Below the pieces are notes generated by a model. The model was not told where the DNA came from. It saw nothing but the letters and a program-made list of their open reading frames with translations, and ran no database searches. The position numbers and the translations under genes were made by a program. DNA of 64,000 nt from the human T2T-CHM13v2.0 reference genome, Homo sapiens: NCBI RefSeq assembly GCF_009914755.1, contig NC_060931.1; one strand, given 5' to 3'. Positions 44,501 to 58,033 of this stretch are shown here, one piece after another. The number at the start of each line of letters is the position of its first letter. The first letter of the stretch is position 1.

Positions 44501-47010
44501 GGAAAGAAAATTGAGTTATACAAAATGCTTAACTAAGGTCAGAGAAGACAGAAAAAGAAGGAAAAGAGAAACACAGGGTAAATGAAATAAATGGAAAAAA
44601 TTATTAACACAGTAGATATTAAACCAACTAAATAAAAATCACTTACATACAAAGGTCTAAATACACCAGTTAAATGACAGAGATTGTCAGAGTGATTACA
44701 AAATAAGAACCAACTTTATGTTGTCTATGAGAAATCCACTGTGATCATAATGATAGAAATAGGTGGCAAATGGAGAGATGTCCAACTTATTTTTAAGAAT
44801 GGTGCTAAAATAATTCAATGGGGAAAATAATAGCCTTTTCAACAAATAGCACTGAATAGAAACATGCAAGGGAATGAACTTGTACCCTTACCTCACACCG
44901 TATACAGAAATTAACTCAAAGTGGATAAGAGACCTCAATATAAGTACTGAAATTTAAAACTGTTAGAATAAAGTTAAGGAGATAAATCTTTATGACTTTG
45001 GAATCAGCTCTGGATTCTTAGATATGACATCAAAAGTGCCAATTTAAAAAAAAAAGAAAAATTGGACATCAACAAAGTTAAAGTCTCGTTTTGCTTCAAC
45101 AGGCAGTATAAAGAAACTGAAAAGTAAAACTCACATAGAGGAGAAAATAATCACAAAATATATCTGATAAGGTACTTATATCTTGTGTATCCTCACATGC
45201 AAAGAACTCATACAATTCAATAAAAAGACAAGTAACCCCTTTAAGAAATAAGTGAAAAGCCTGAATAGACATTACTTAAAAGAAGAAATATAAATGGCCA
45301 AGAAGCACATGAAAAGATCCTCAAAATTATTAGCCATCAGGAAAATGCAAATCTAAACTGCAATGAGATACCACTTTACACCTACACTTTACACCTGATA
45401 AATGGAATAAAAAATTCAGCTGATAACACGTGTTGGTGACAGTGAAAAAATTGGAATCTTCATACATTGTTGGTGGGAATGTAATGCTCTAAGTCAAGAA
45501 CAGGATCTTGAAGTTTCTCAAACAGTTAAACATAGTTATCAATATAATCCAGCAATTTCATCATAGATACCTATCCAAGAAAAACAGAATCATATGACAA
45601 ACACAACACTTAGCACACAAAAATGTATAGCAGCCTTATTAATAGTAACCAAAAGGTGAAATAAACCTAAATGCTCACAACTGATAAGTGGATAAACAAA
45701 AATAGAATATCCACACAGTGGAATATTATTCAATCATAACAAAGAGGCAAATACTAATATATGCTAAAAATGAATGAACCTAGAAAACATTATGCAAAAT
45801 GAACAAATCCAGTGACAAAAGATCACATATTATATGATTCAATTTATATGAAATTGTTCTAATGGACAAATTTATAGATACAGAAAATAAACTAGTGGCT
45901 GCTTATGGACTGGGATGACAGGTGGATAGAATGGTAGTAGTTAAAGGGTATGGAGTTTCTTTTTGAGGTTAAAAAAGGATCTAACATCAAGAGTGGTGAT
46001 GGTTGCACATACCTTTGCATATATTAAAAATCATTGAATTGTACCTTTTAAATTGGTGGACTGTATTTCTCAATGAAGCTATTTTTTAAAAGCAAAGAAT
46101 TGGAGAAAAATATACCATGTTGCCGCCAATCAAAAGAAAACTGGACAAGCTATATAAATTCCAGACAAATGAACTTAATATCAAGGAAAAGTACCAGAGA
46201 TAAAGAGGAGTATTGCAAAATGATAATGGATCAATTCTCCAGGAAGACATAAAATCCTTAACATATATATACCTAACAACAGAGCATCAAAATATATGAG
46301 GCTAAAATTAACAGAACTGCAAGGAAAATAGACAAATCTAATAGTATGATTACAGGCTTCACCATTTCTTATCAGTAACTGACAATTTCAGCAGGTAGAA
46401 AATCAGTACGGATATAGCTTAACTGAACAACACCATCAATCAACTGGATCTAACTGACATTTATGGAATTCTTTATCCAACAAACACCAGAATACATATT
46501 CTTCTGAAGCTCACATAGAACATTCACCAAGATAGACTACATGCTGGGCAGCAAACACATCTGAACCAATTTAAAAATAGAAATAATATTCAGAATGTTA
46601 TCAGACCGCAGTGAAATTAAACTAGTACTGAAAACCAGAAAGTTAGTGATGAACCCCAAAGTATCTAGAGATTAAACAATGTACTACTGAATCAAAATTG
46701 TGCAATACAACATAAGCAGTCTTTAAAGGGAAATTTATAGCATTCAATGAATAAAAAGAAAGATTTACAATCAACAATCTAAGCTTTCATTTTAGGAAAC
46801 CAAAGAAGGAAAAATGACACAAACCTGTAAAAAGTGGAAGAAAGAAATTAAGACCTAAAGTATAAATCAATGAAACTGAAAATAGAAAACGAAAAGAAAA
46901 TCAACAAAACCAAAAGCTGTTTCTTTGAAAAGATCTGTACAATGTATTAATCCCTAGCCAAGCCAATCAGGAAAAAAGAGAGAAGACATAAATTACTAGT
47001 ATTAGAAAGT
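38540..47010. mobile_element. Nested block of old L1s (L1M/L1MA/L1MB), mostly plus strand, with an antisense piece at ~39870-41005
   Basis: Degenerate ORF2 motifs (gaggctagcatcaccctgata, gatgcagaaaaagcatttgacaaaatccaaca) and several L1M 3' UTRs. Confidence 0.85.
43099..43400 (+). mobile_element. AluS with (CA)n tail inserted in L1
   Basis: Alu dimer interrupting L1 ORF2 sequence. Confidence 0.95.
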
Positions 47011-47715
47011 GAAAAAACACATATTTCTCCATTGATTATATGTCCTATTTGAACAATGTAATCCTCTTATTTATAGTTCAATGACAATTTTTAAAAGAGC
47101 ATATAGATCATATTGTTGCATAGGCTTCTGGAGCCAATTCACCTTAGTTTGAATTCCAGCCTTGCCTTTTCCAACTTTGCATACGGTTCAGATAATCTTA
47201 TTTTCCTTTTAAGTTAGATTCATGGGTGAATTTTTAAAGATGATATAATAGCCACAATTAAGATCAATATGTGGTGGTGTACAGAAGCTCATGTCAATTG
47301 GAAAGAGTGCTTGTTCATTTTGTCAGGAACTGAGCAGCCATGGCATAAGTCTCACCTAGATTTGCGACCACAGGTAAATTAATTGAACAACTTGTGCTTC
47401 AGTTCCATTAGCTGTAAAATGATAATATGAAAGTACAGAATAGTACATATATTATAACATTAAATTCTTGAGAATATGAAATGATTTATGTTGCTTGACA
47501 TACAATAATTATGTAAATACAATTATATAATCATTCTTCAATATTTTGATCTACATAAGTTGATTTTCTAATATTGAGCTGACTTTTGCTTTCTGAAAAA
47601 AATTCAACTGGTTTTTCTTACTCCAATTTATCTTCATTCTTTTACATTTAGTCATAGACAAAGGGACACATATAAGATGAAAGAGAAGAAATAATTTAAA
47701 AATAGAGTTAACACA

Positions 47716-48025
<310 letters not shown>

Positions 48026-48914
48026 TCAACACAAAAGTTACCCCAGAGATGCTCAGTTTCTGACAAAATTAACAAGCACTCTTTCTAATTGACATGAACT
48101 TTTGTACAGCACCACATATTGATCTTAATTATGGCTTATTACATCATCTTTAAAAATTCTTCCATAAATCTAACTTAAAAGATAAATTAAGAATTATCAT
48201 TGTTAACATTTTGACACTTCTTTTCTGTCAATATGTTTTTAATGTGTTTTTCTTAAGCTTGGTATCATATATAGAGAGAGGTAATTTTTCAACCCACTTC
48301 TTTCAAATATCATCTATGATATATTTTCCTATGCTATTGAACGGAACCTTATAGCATAGAAAACAATGCAAAGCTGTGCTAAGTTCCCATGAGGTCACTT
48401 TTACCCCAGAGCTGCTCGGGGTTCCCAGCAAAATAAACCAGCACTCTTTCCAATTGACATGAGCTTCCGTACACTACCACATATTGATCTTAATTGTGGC
48501 TATGATATTATCTTTTAAAAATCATCTGTAAATCTAACTTAAAAGGAACATAAGATTATCAGAATCATATGGAAAACGTGTATGGGTCACTCAATTTTGA
48601 GCCTGCCAGTTTTCTGTAATGGTGAATTTCTAGTGATCTCTATCTTTTCTTAAACAAAACACTTGAAACTTCTTTATTGTTACTTTCATCTTAATCTTCT
48701 AATTACCTGGCTGTATGCTAAAAATTATGAGTTTCTCTTCTTACAATAAGTATATTTTTTCATAGATTCTTGTAAGATGGACATTTGACATGTAAAAAAA
48801 TACCATTGGTTGCAAATTTTCACTAGTGAGATTATTTGGGAAAAAAAATATTTATTTTACACTTTCAAGAATGTCACATAGAAATGAGGTTTTAGTTACA
48901 GAAGAGATCATTAG

Positions 48915-49350
48915 TATATTCATTTTTTATTAATGCTATAAAAATTTACCACAAACCTAGTGACTAAAACAATTCAAATATATTATCTTATATTTTTGTA
49001 GATTACAAGTTCAAAATGGGTCTCACTGAGCTAAAATAAAGGTGCTGGAAGGGCTCGGTTCCTTTCCAAAGGTTCTAGGGGAGAATCTGTTCTCTTACAT
49101 TTCCCAGCTTCTAGAGGCTCCCCTTGTTCCTTGGCTCATGGTCCCCCTTTTTTATCCTCAAAGCGACAAGTGTTGCTTTCCTCTGATCCTTCTCCCATAA
49201 TTATGTCTTCCATTAACTCTGCTGGAATAGGTTCCTCAACTTTACAGATCCATGTCGTTAGATTAAGCCCACGTGAATAATCTAGAATAATCTCTTCTTC
49301 TCAAGGTCCTTAACTACATCTGCAAATGTCCCTTTTTCCAAAGTCCAATA
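48915..49350 (-). mobile_element. MLT1 LTR
   Basis: ttaccacaaacctagtgactaaaacaa...ttctaggggagaatc...tacatctgcaaa. Confidence 0.8.
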
Positions 49351-49697
49351 ATTTTCAAAGATAAATTAAGAATTATCATTGTTAACATTTTGACACTTCT
49401 TTTCTGTCAATACGTTTTTAATGTGTTTTTCTTAAGCTTGGTATCATATATATAGAGAGGTAATTTTTCAACCCACTTCTTTCAAATATCATCTATGATA
49501 TATTTTCCTATGCTATTGAACGGAACCTTAACAGAACCTTTTGAAAGGTAACAATTAACATCTTTAGTTACAAAAAAAGTGATGTATTCAATTTAAATTT
49601 TCATTAAAATAAATGACTTTTGGGTTTCCCCCCAAAATTCTGACCTATGGTTTATCCTTTGTGCATTTAATGTGCTTGAAGATCTTGGCTCTTTCCA

Positions 49698-49990
49698 CCA
49701 TGCAAGTCATTAAAGCCAGGTCATGCTCCGCAGCATTTCAAAAAGTCATCATCACACAGCTGAGAAATGACCCAGCAACAGATAACAGAAATCCCACCGC
49801 CTGATTATTCACATCTTTCAACTCTCATTACAGGTCAATTTTAGGCCCCACAGAGCTATTTTAGTGTGGCCACAACTGCCACATTGGATGATTGTCAAAT
49901 ATTCTAACTGTGGCTGTCAGGAAGACAAATAAACAAACCCTGGATCAAAAGCCCACCAGGCTGTGCTGGCTCTCACAGGGCTGGTGCTTT
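49698..49990 (+). pseudogene. IRF-like DBD exon (unit 3)
   Basis: VIKARSCSAAF...HYRSILGPTELF...QKPTRLCW matches paralog at 62403 (VFKARTYEAF...AYISILTELRF...QKSHCCW); direct IRF similarity weak. Confidence 0.5.
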
Positions 49991-50021
49991 GCTTTGAGAC
50001 AAGCCCTTTCCCATTTGTGAC

Positions 50022-50372
50022 TTGTTATGGCCTCCAAAATTTATATGCTAGAAATCCAATCACCAACGTGATGGTGTTAGGCGGTGAAGCCTTTGGGAGG
50101 TGATTAGGTCATGAGGGTGGAACCTCATGAATGGGATTAGTGCTTTGATAAAAGAGGCCCCAAGGAGCTGCCTTGCCCCTTCACCATGTGAGGACACAGC
50201 AAAAGGACAGCCATCTATAAAACAAAAAACAGTCCCCCTACAGAACACCAAATCTGTTAGCACCTTGATCTTGGAATTCCCAGACTCTGGATCTTTGAGA
50301 AATACATTTCTATTGTTGACAAGCCACCTAGTTTGGGATATTTTGTTACATCAGCCCAAATAGAATAAGACA
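50022..50372 (+). mobile_element. MLT1A-type LTR
   Basis: ggaggtgattaggtcatgagggtgg...caccatgtgaggacacagc...aataagaca. Confidence 0.85.
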
Positions 50373-50834
50373 GGGCTCTACCACTAAGATTTTGTTTGTT
50401 TGTTTAACTCTGGGCAAATTATACAAGCCTCTTTTTTCATATAAAGTGGAGATATCTGACACTTTGAGTAGAATGATATTACTACATATTTAGCTCACCA
50501 GAATTATAGCAGAGATTCAACAAGTACTAGTTCTGAATCTCTGACCATCTGGTCTAAAGAAGGCCCTGCCTTCCTTTATTTCACAACATTTATTAATAGC
50601 TGTAATTAATTATTGTTCACTATGTTTACCTAACTTTAAATTTCAAAAGTGCTAAAATCATACCTTTCTTATGTAGCCATGTGTACCTGGCACCTAGCTC
50701 AGTTTAATGGACTTAGTAAATGCTTAACATTTTCTCAGTAAGTTAGTTTCCTCTTTTCTTAGCTCCCTTACATGTGTTAAATCCATGACAATCATTCCTA
50801 AGAAACTTGCTCACCAAACTTATGAACAATGACA

Positions 50835-51135
50835 CACATTTTTAAACTTATTGCCTGAATTATTGCTGGTGTCACCTGCTGGAATTAGACAGTGTAGAAG
50901 AAAATTTTGTAGAAAAAGTTAAACCCAAGACCTGAATATAGATAGCCAGGAATGAGAGAAAAAGATAAATTCCTGTCTTTACTTGAGACTGGAGGAATTT
51001 CTAGGCTTTAAGAGAGGATATCAGAGCAGAGTCAGTGCTCTTGCTTCGGTCAAAGCAATGTGCCTGCTTTTCAGCATACAGAAAAAGAATATGCTAGGTT
51101 GCAAAGAGGAAATATTGTTGTACCATTCTGAACAG
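50835..51135 (+). pseudogene. IRF-like DBD exon (unit 3)
   Basis: IAGVTCWN; FLGFKRGYQSRVSALAS matches paralog LFCFKRTHKCLKALS; ends ILLY with CAG|gtaaat donor. Confidence 0.5.
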
Positions 51136-51450
51136 GTAAATCCTGCTTAAGCATTTAATTGGAAAGTGAAAATGAAAATATCCAAGGAGCTATACTTCAC
51201 ACTTGAATAGACTGAAATAATTAACGTATTTATAACCAAAATAGGACTTACTATTGTAAGTAAGTTTTGGAACTTGAACGTTCATTGTCCAGGTCCTTTC
51301 CAAGGCTGTGGAGTGGCTCTAGCAATCTCTTTACGTGATTATCTGTTTTGTAAAGTTTTCAATTCCGTAGTGTAATTTATTTTTTTTCTTCCACTACCCC
51401 GAGTAGTTTAGGTATTTGGGCCCATGTTTTCCTCACTTTTTTGTTTCAAC

Positions 51451-51807
51451 CTGCTGGATTATCCAGAGAAGTTCCACTTGGAGACTGGGTACATCATTAC
51501 TTCAAGCAGGAAAATGTCAAGACACTCAAGACCCTCCGTGCTGTGTGGGCACATGGCTGCTGGGCTATGAGGCTTTCCCTTGGACATGTATTTTCAGGGC
51601 AATAATGACCACATTCTGAGGAGAACAACCAAGATTTTAAGGAGATTTGTTGTGGTTGTTGTTTGCTCAGGGAGAGACTATTTGGAAGAACAGAGGGAAC
51701 TTGACTCAGAGCTAGACACTTGGGTACATAATGACACTCTGGAAAGACTTTCAACTTGGACTACAGAAATACAACTGAAAATAATTCTCTCTTATCAACC
51801 TAAATAA
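51451..51807 (+). pseudogene. IRF-like IAD exon (unit 3)
   Basis: About 118 codons with one internal TGA; VLCGH matches paralog VSCGH; YFQGN matches YFPGN; LRRTTKILRR vs IRF7 LRYTEELLRH. Confidence 0.7.
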
Positions 51808-51954
51808 GTCAGTTCAAATTTATGGTATTCCGTTTGCTTAATTTGTAAAGCATAAAGTCAGAAATTGAGTCATAATAATAATATGAAACCTAGTGTTCTT
51901 TAAGCCTTTACTTTGTGTGAAGCGCAGTGATAATTACATAGAATTCTCAGAGCA

Positions 51955-53730
51955 AGATGAATTAACTCAAAATGGATCAATGACCTAAATATAGGAGAAA
52001 AACAATGAAACTACTAGAGAAAAACATAGGGATAATTCTTTATGGCCTTCGATTTGTTAATAGGTTCTCAAATTTTACAACAAAATCAAAGGCAACAAAA
52101 ATAACAGATAAATTATTCTTCATTAAAATTAAAAAATTATGTATCAAAACACATTAGCAAGAAAGTAAAAAGACAACCTATAAAATGGAAAAAAATTGCA
52201 AATCATATTTCGGGTAAAAATTTAGTTTCCAAAATAGAAGTACCATATCACATATACTAGGATGGTGAGATAACAATAACAACAAAAAAAGGAAAGAAAG
52301 AAAAGAAAAGAAATTGAAAAGAAAAACAGCTGAAATTAACAAGTGTTCACAAAAATCAAGCAAAATAGGCACCCTCATACATTGCTTTGGGGGTAAAAAC
52401 ATAGTGCAGTTTGGCACCCTGCTAAAAGCTAAACATAGAATTACCATTTGACACTGCAATTCTACTCCTAGATAGATGCCCAAGGGAAATAAAAACATAC
52501 GTCAAGTTACTATGCTCACACAAAAACTTGTACAGCAATGCTTGTAGCAGCATTATTCATGATAGCACAAAGGTGAAACAACTGTTCAGCAAGGGAGGAA
52601 TGGATAAACAAATGTTTGTATATACACACGATGAAATGTTATTAAGCCATAAAAAGGAACGAAGCACCAACACATGCTATAGTTCGAATGAACCTAGAAA
52701 ATAATATGCTATATTCCTGTCTTTGCTTGAGACTGGAGGGATTTCTAGGCTTTAAGAGAGGATATCAGAGCAGAGTCAGTGCTCTTGCTTGGGTCAAAGC
52801 AATGTGCCTGCTTTTCAGCATACAGAAAAAGAATATGCTAGGATGCAAAGAGGAAATACTGTTGTACCATTCTGAACAGGTAAAAACTGCTTAAGCATTT
52901 AATTGGAAAGTGAAAATGAAAATATCCAAGGAGCTATACTTCACACTTGAATAGATTGAAATAATTAACTTATTTATAACCAAAATAGGACTTACTATTG
53001 TAAGTTTTGGAACTTGAACGTTCATTGTCCATGTCTTTCCAAGGCTGTGGAGTGGCTTTAGCAATCTATTTACATGATTATGTGTTTTGTAAAGTTTTCA
53101 ATTCCGTACTTTAACTTATTTTTTTCTTCCACCACCCCGAGTAGTTCTATATGCTATAGTTCGAATGAACCTAGAAAATAATATGCTAAGTGAAAGAATT
53201 CAGCACAAAAGGTCTCAGATTGCATAATTTCTTTCCTGTGAAATATCCAGAATAGGTAAACCCATAGAGACAAACAGCAGATTAGTGATTGCCAGGGGAT
53301 GTGGGTGAGAGGGAGGAAGGGAGAGTCACTATTTAAACAGTGTGGAGTATTTTTCCGGGGTGATGAAAAATTTTGAAACTAAAGAAAAGTGGTGGTTTAC
53401 AGGATTGTAACTGTACCAAATGTGCTATTTGAAATAGTTAATTGTGTATAATGTGTATTTTGCCTCAGAAAATGCTAAGCATGATTTAGTATATAAACAC
53501 CTTGAAAAGGCAGAAGAAAAATCACATTGTTATCTCTAATAAAAGTGGAAACATCATTGGGCAAAATCCAACATCCATTTCTGAAAAACTTTCAGCAAAA
53601 TAGTAACAGGAGGGAACTCCTATAGCTGCATAAAGGGCATCTGAGAACATCCTATCGCTAACACCTTAACGCTGAAAGATGGAGTGCTTCCCTCCAAAAT
53701 AAGGGGAAAAGGCAGGGCTGTCTACTCTCT
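51955..53730 (+). mobile_element. Old L1 3' fragments, interrupted by a templated insertion
   Basis: attaactcaaaatggatcaatgacctaaat...gatgaaaaattttgaaact. Confidence 0.8.
52713..53146 (+). repeat. Templated copy of 50969-51408 flanked by a 38-bp direct duplication
   Basis: About 95% identity by eye; identical flanks at 52674-52711 and 53151-53188. Confidence 0.95.
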
Positions 53731-54079
53731 CAGCATACATAGGCAACCAGCTGGAATATGGTTACTGTCCCCTGTGGCAAAGGAACACCACAGGGATGTC
53801 CTCAGCACCTCCAAGAAAAAGAGCTGGGTTCAGATAGCTGCTGGGTCCACAGAGCCCTGCAGTTAGATCAGCCCAATAGCACCCACCAAACAGGAACTTT
53901 CCAAGATGATTGCAAACGGGGTTGGAGAGCAACTAGAGGCACTGGATGAGACTTTGTCCCCTCAACTGACTGCCATCTCCCACTCCCCTCCCCAAGTCAG
54001 GCTTCTGTTGAGGGATGGAGAGATGTATTTCCTTTAAAGCAAGAATTAAGTATTGACTACTACAAAACTAAACTAAACT

Positions 54080-54667
54080 AAACTGGAAATGTGCCTGAAG
54101 TGAACAGAGTCAGGTGTGTGTACCCTAAGAGGGAACAGAAATCTCCGGAGCCTATGGGAGGTTTCACCCAAGAAGCCCCATCCCACACAGTGGGTTAAAA
54201 GAGCAGTGCAAGATCAAATCAAGTTGCTTCAGGATTGCATCCTGCAAGTGAGGCCCACACAAGGGCAGGCTGTTACTAGCAGAGAGAAAAGGGAACAATT
54301 GGTATTGTTCTGCCTACCTAAATAGGCATCGGGATTGTGATTTTGGGTCAGAATTTCTCATATAAATTGCCACATCATCTGTTTTTCAATGTTCTTTCCA
54401 TTAGGCAACTCACAGCAAGGGAAGTAATTCTGGAGAAGAAATTAAGAATTTCTATATTCCCTGGAAAGTATTCCATCAAAATAACACACAGAGTAGCACC
54501 CAAAATAACACCCCTAGTAGCAACCATTTTTAGAAGCCATGATTCCTAATGATCAGGCTTCCTGGGATCCTCAGCTATCCAGTTCTAGTTTAGACATACA
54601 TCCTTGCCTCCTATTGCCACTATGCAATGGACCATGGATGAAAATCTGAACAAGACTGCTGACTGCT
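54080..54667 (-). pseudogene. IRF-like IAD (unit 4), apparently including the C-terminal part without an intron
   Basis: ttttttaacag acceptor; FSSMVHCIVAIGGKDV vs IRF8 FSQMVISFYYGGKLV; YFPGNIEIL; FDLALLF*PTVWDG vs IRF6 FEIYLCFGEEWPDG; about 9 stops. Confidence 0.65.
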
Positions 54668-54699
54668 CTGTTAAAAAAGCCTCCTGCATCACTGCTTCA

Positions 54700-54990
54700 G
54701 TCTCTTGGCCTGAAATGCTCCTTCTACTCATGAAGTTAATATCTTGCTGCCAAAACTTAATTCAAAAACCACCATCTACCATGAAGCCTCCTCTCATTCT
54801 CACAGCCCAAATGTATTTTTTATCTCCTTTAAATTCTGTATGTTTTCTCATCCGTTTCTATCATAGTTTTACTATTCTACCTATGTTGCAAAACTCTCTA
54901 AGCTTAGAGCCATATTTTATACACCAAATTTCCTGCTACAGCAGACGGTGCTCAATAAATATTTGTTCAGTGAATGAATGAGTGAGTGAA
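54700..54990 (+). mobile_element. L2 3' end
   Basis: ggtgctcaataaatatttgttcagtgaatgaatga. Confidence 0.7.
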
Positions 54991-55750
54991 TAGAGCTGAA
55001 GGAGTGAATTAAGGAAGAGAGTTATTATAGCATTTCCCTTTACAGGAGTAGAAATAATGAGCGCCATTATGGATTGAAACTTTGAAAATATAAGCAGTAG
55101 AAAGACTGTGTTGCAACAGAAGTCTTATAACCACAGCCTTTATTCAAGGTATTTCCCATGTTTCTCTACAAAGCTAATAATACTTTGATTCATCTTCCTA
55201 AGAGAGTTATAAAATAAAAAGGAATGATCATCTAATTTAATATCTGATGTAATTCCAGTGATGTGTAATTTACTAGCTTCTTAGCCCTGAACTGTTTTTT
55301 AGTGTTAGTAATCACATCTGTTCTGCACCTTTAGAGAATAAAGCACTGCCAATCAATATATGATAATGCTTTTATTAAAATGTTCAAAGCAGAAAACAGG
55401 TCTTACTTACTAAATACTTCATCAGTTCTAAATTTATTCAGAACTCTTTCCTCAAATAAGTAACATGTTTTAAACAAGACTGTGGTTTGCTTTCTCCAAT
55501 ATTCCTTTCATTGCACATGTGTTAGTTCAAGATGGCTAAAGTTCTTTGCTTTCCCCTGTCTTGTGTTGATGACCATCAAATGAGGAAACAGATATCTGAA
55601 CATTGATTTCTTTCATCTATTTGACTGATATTTATTAGAAAAAATGGTAATAATTGCTAACATATATTGAAGATTCATTATGTACCATGGTTCTAACATT
55701 TGTTTTATATACAGTATCTCATTGAGTACACATTGCCAAGGACTGTATAA

Positions 55751-56130
55751 TGTGATGGGCTAAAATATGTTCCCCCCAAGATCATATGTTGAGGTCCTAA
55801 TTCCCATACTTTAGAATGTGGCTGTATTTAGAGATAGGGCCATTAAAGAGGTCACTGAGTTAAAATGGAGCCCTTTGGGCTGGACCTAATCCAATCTGAC
55901 TGGTGTCCTTATTAGGACATTGTCCCTGGTGCACAGAAAGCTGACCATGTGAAGAGACAGTAAGAGGGTGGCCATCTGTAAGATAAGGAAAGGGGTCTCA
56001 GAGGTCATCTACCCTGCCAGCACCCTGATCTTGGATTTCTAGACTCCAAAATTCTGACAAAATAAATTTTTGCTATTTATGCCACCCAGTGTGTGGTATT
56101 TTGTTATGGCAGTCTGAGAAAACTAACATA
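55751..56130 (+). mobile_element. MLT1 LTR
   Basis: tgtgatgggctaaaatatgttcccccc...gtggtattttgttatggcag. Confidence 0.85.
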
Positions 56131-56420
56131 GATACTGTTATCATCTCAGTTTTACAGATGGGAAGACAGAATCTTGAAAAGGTCACAGTCTAGTCTGTGG
56201 TGGAGCAGATGCTAAAACCACAGTCTGAGTTCAAAGGCTACACTCTTTGCTATTTTCTGTTAGCACCTCCTGACATTAATATCAAATTGATTTAACTATA
56301 AGATTGTGGCAGGCACTGTGCTAAGAACTTTGGTGCTTTATCAAACCTGGTTGCTGATACACTTAAAACATTTCTTAGAGTTTCCCCATTTGTGTTTCTT
56401 GCTGCTGACCACTTTATTCC

Positions 56421-56968
56421 TCAGGGCTCTTCCAATTCTCTTACATGGACTCTTCTCTTTTTCCATCCTTTTCTCTTTCCCCACCCTGTGTCTATGACAA
56501 AGTCAGTATTATCTGGGCTGTCCAGTGACTCTCCCACAGTAATTTTTCTTGACCTTTTTAAAACAAGCCCAAGTCCTTTGGAACTCAGGCATCTAGAGAT
56601 AGATATTGGCCTCTTAACATAGTTGTGGCCACTCGTGGACTGTGACTGAGTTTCCTGTATTGAAGCCCAGCTCACCGCCTTTCTTTTCATGTCACTCAAA
56701 CAATGTTCTGTGCAGTCTGTCCAGATTCAGCAGTTTTGTCCCTGGACACATGGTTTGTTGCCACCCTCCACTTCCGGTCCTCGTGAAGGCAGTTTCATCT
56801 TCACTCTTGGATGCCTCCCTGTCTTCCTACTGTTCCAGAGCCCATGCCATTTCTGAGATCCTCTGAGCTGTCCTTGTGGCTTCCATGCAGGTGAACACAG
56901 GATTATCAGGGATAAATGATCAGCAGTGGGTGGGCCAGGGTCACATGTGAGAAGAAACAGGCTGTGAC
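56421..56968 (-). pseudogene. IRF-like DBD exon (unit 4), ~180 codons with one internal stop
   Basis: ctcactctcag acceptor; QLRGSQKWHGLWNSRKT vs IRF4 QIDSGKYPGLVWENEEKS; LSSKGLGLVLKRSR vs IRF3 LNRKEGLRLAEDRSK; EGGN shared with 28990. Confidence 0.65.
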
Positions 56969-57329
56969 CTGAGAGTGAGATGCTGAAAAAATTGGGAGGT
57001 GAAAGTTACTGCATTTGAGAATTCCAAGGATCTTAGAAGACAGAAATCTGTTGAAGTGTTCACACGGACACAGAAATCGGTCAATATGATAGTGCAACAT
57101 AAAGGCGAGTTCTCAAGGACCCCCATTCCTCCTAATGAGAAGAAGACACAATTATTATTATACTGTGTCTATTTTTAGCAAAATAATAAGCATGCGATAG
57201 TATAGCTTGTTTTATGCTTTGCTTTTCAACTGGGTGAAAATCCATGCAAAATGATTTCCCACCTTATTTGAGATCTAAAGTCTTAAAATGCAGAGCCTAT
57301 CTGTGAAGTCCTCCGCAGCCTCCTGCTCC

Positions 57330-57760
57330 CACCCCCCTGTCCGCTTGCTAAAAGGTCATGCATTTTCCTTCCCGCTGCAGGGCCTTTGCACTTGCTCTTT
57401 ACTCTGCCTTCAATGCCCTTTGTTCAACTATCTGCACGACTCATTTATTCTCTTCCTTCAAGACTTTGCTCAAATACAATTTTCTCCTTAAGGCCTTTTC
57501 TGAATACTCTGCTTAAAATTGCAACTTTCTGCCTCCAAATCCTCTTCCTTTTTCCAGGCTTTGTATTTCTTCAGAGCATCTATCACCTTCTATTATATCA
57601 TTTACCCATGTATTTTGTTTATTTGCCCTTGTCTGCAATGTTCAGAATGACTTATTTCTCCCTTATTGTGTTTTTTAATGTATCTTCAACACTTAGGAGA
57701 GTGCCTGGTGCACATACTAAGTAGTCATTATTCATTTATTAGATAAATGAATAAATGATG
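57330..57760 (+). mobile_element. L2 3' fragment
   Basis: cagggcctttgcacttgct...gtgcctggtgcacata...aatgaataaatga. Confidence 0.75.
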
Positions 57761-57844
57761 TAGGGAAGAATCTTTGTATCTGCAACTCTTTGCTATAATC
57801 TGTTAAATTTTTAATTTATTATACAGTTCAACTATGAAACTTAC

Positions 57845-58033
57845 CTTTCTGAATACCAGAAAACTCCTTACCCTTTTTAATCTGTAAATTAACCAGATTC
57901 TTCCAGGGATTATTAAGTCATTCTGGTGATTTTTATAATTGACCTTTGTTAACCTATGATGGATGCATTTGCTACAGTTCATACTGAAGACTTCTGAAAT
58001 TTTTCTAACCCATGCTGCATTGACAGTTTCCAT
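57845..58033 (-). pseudogene. IRF-like DBD first-half exon (unit 4)
   Basis: Open frame AAWVRKISEVFS...LIIPGR...LVFRK ending in a phase-0 AAG|gtaagt donor, near the IRF LFK| intron position. Confidence 0.6.
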
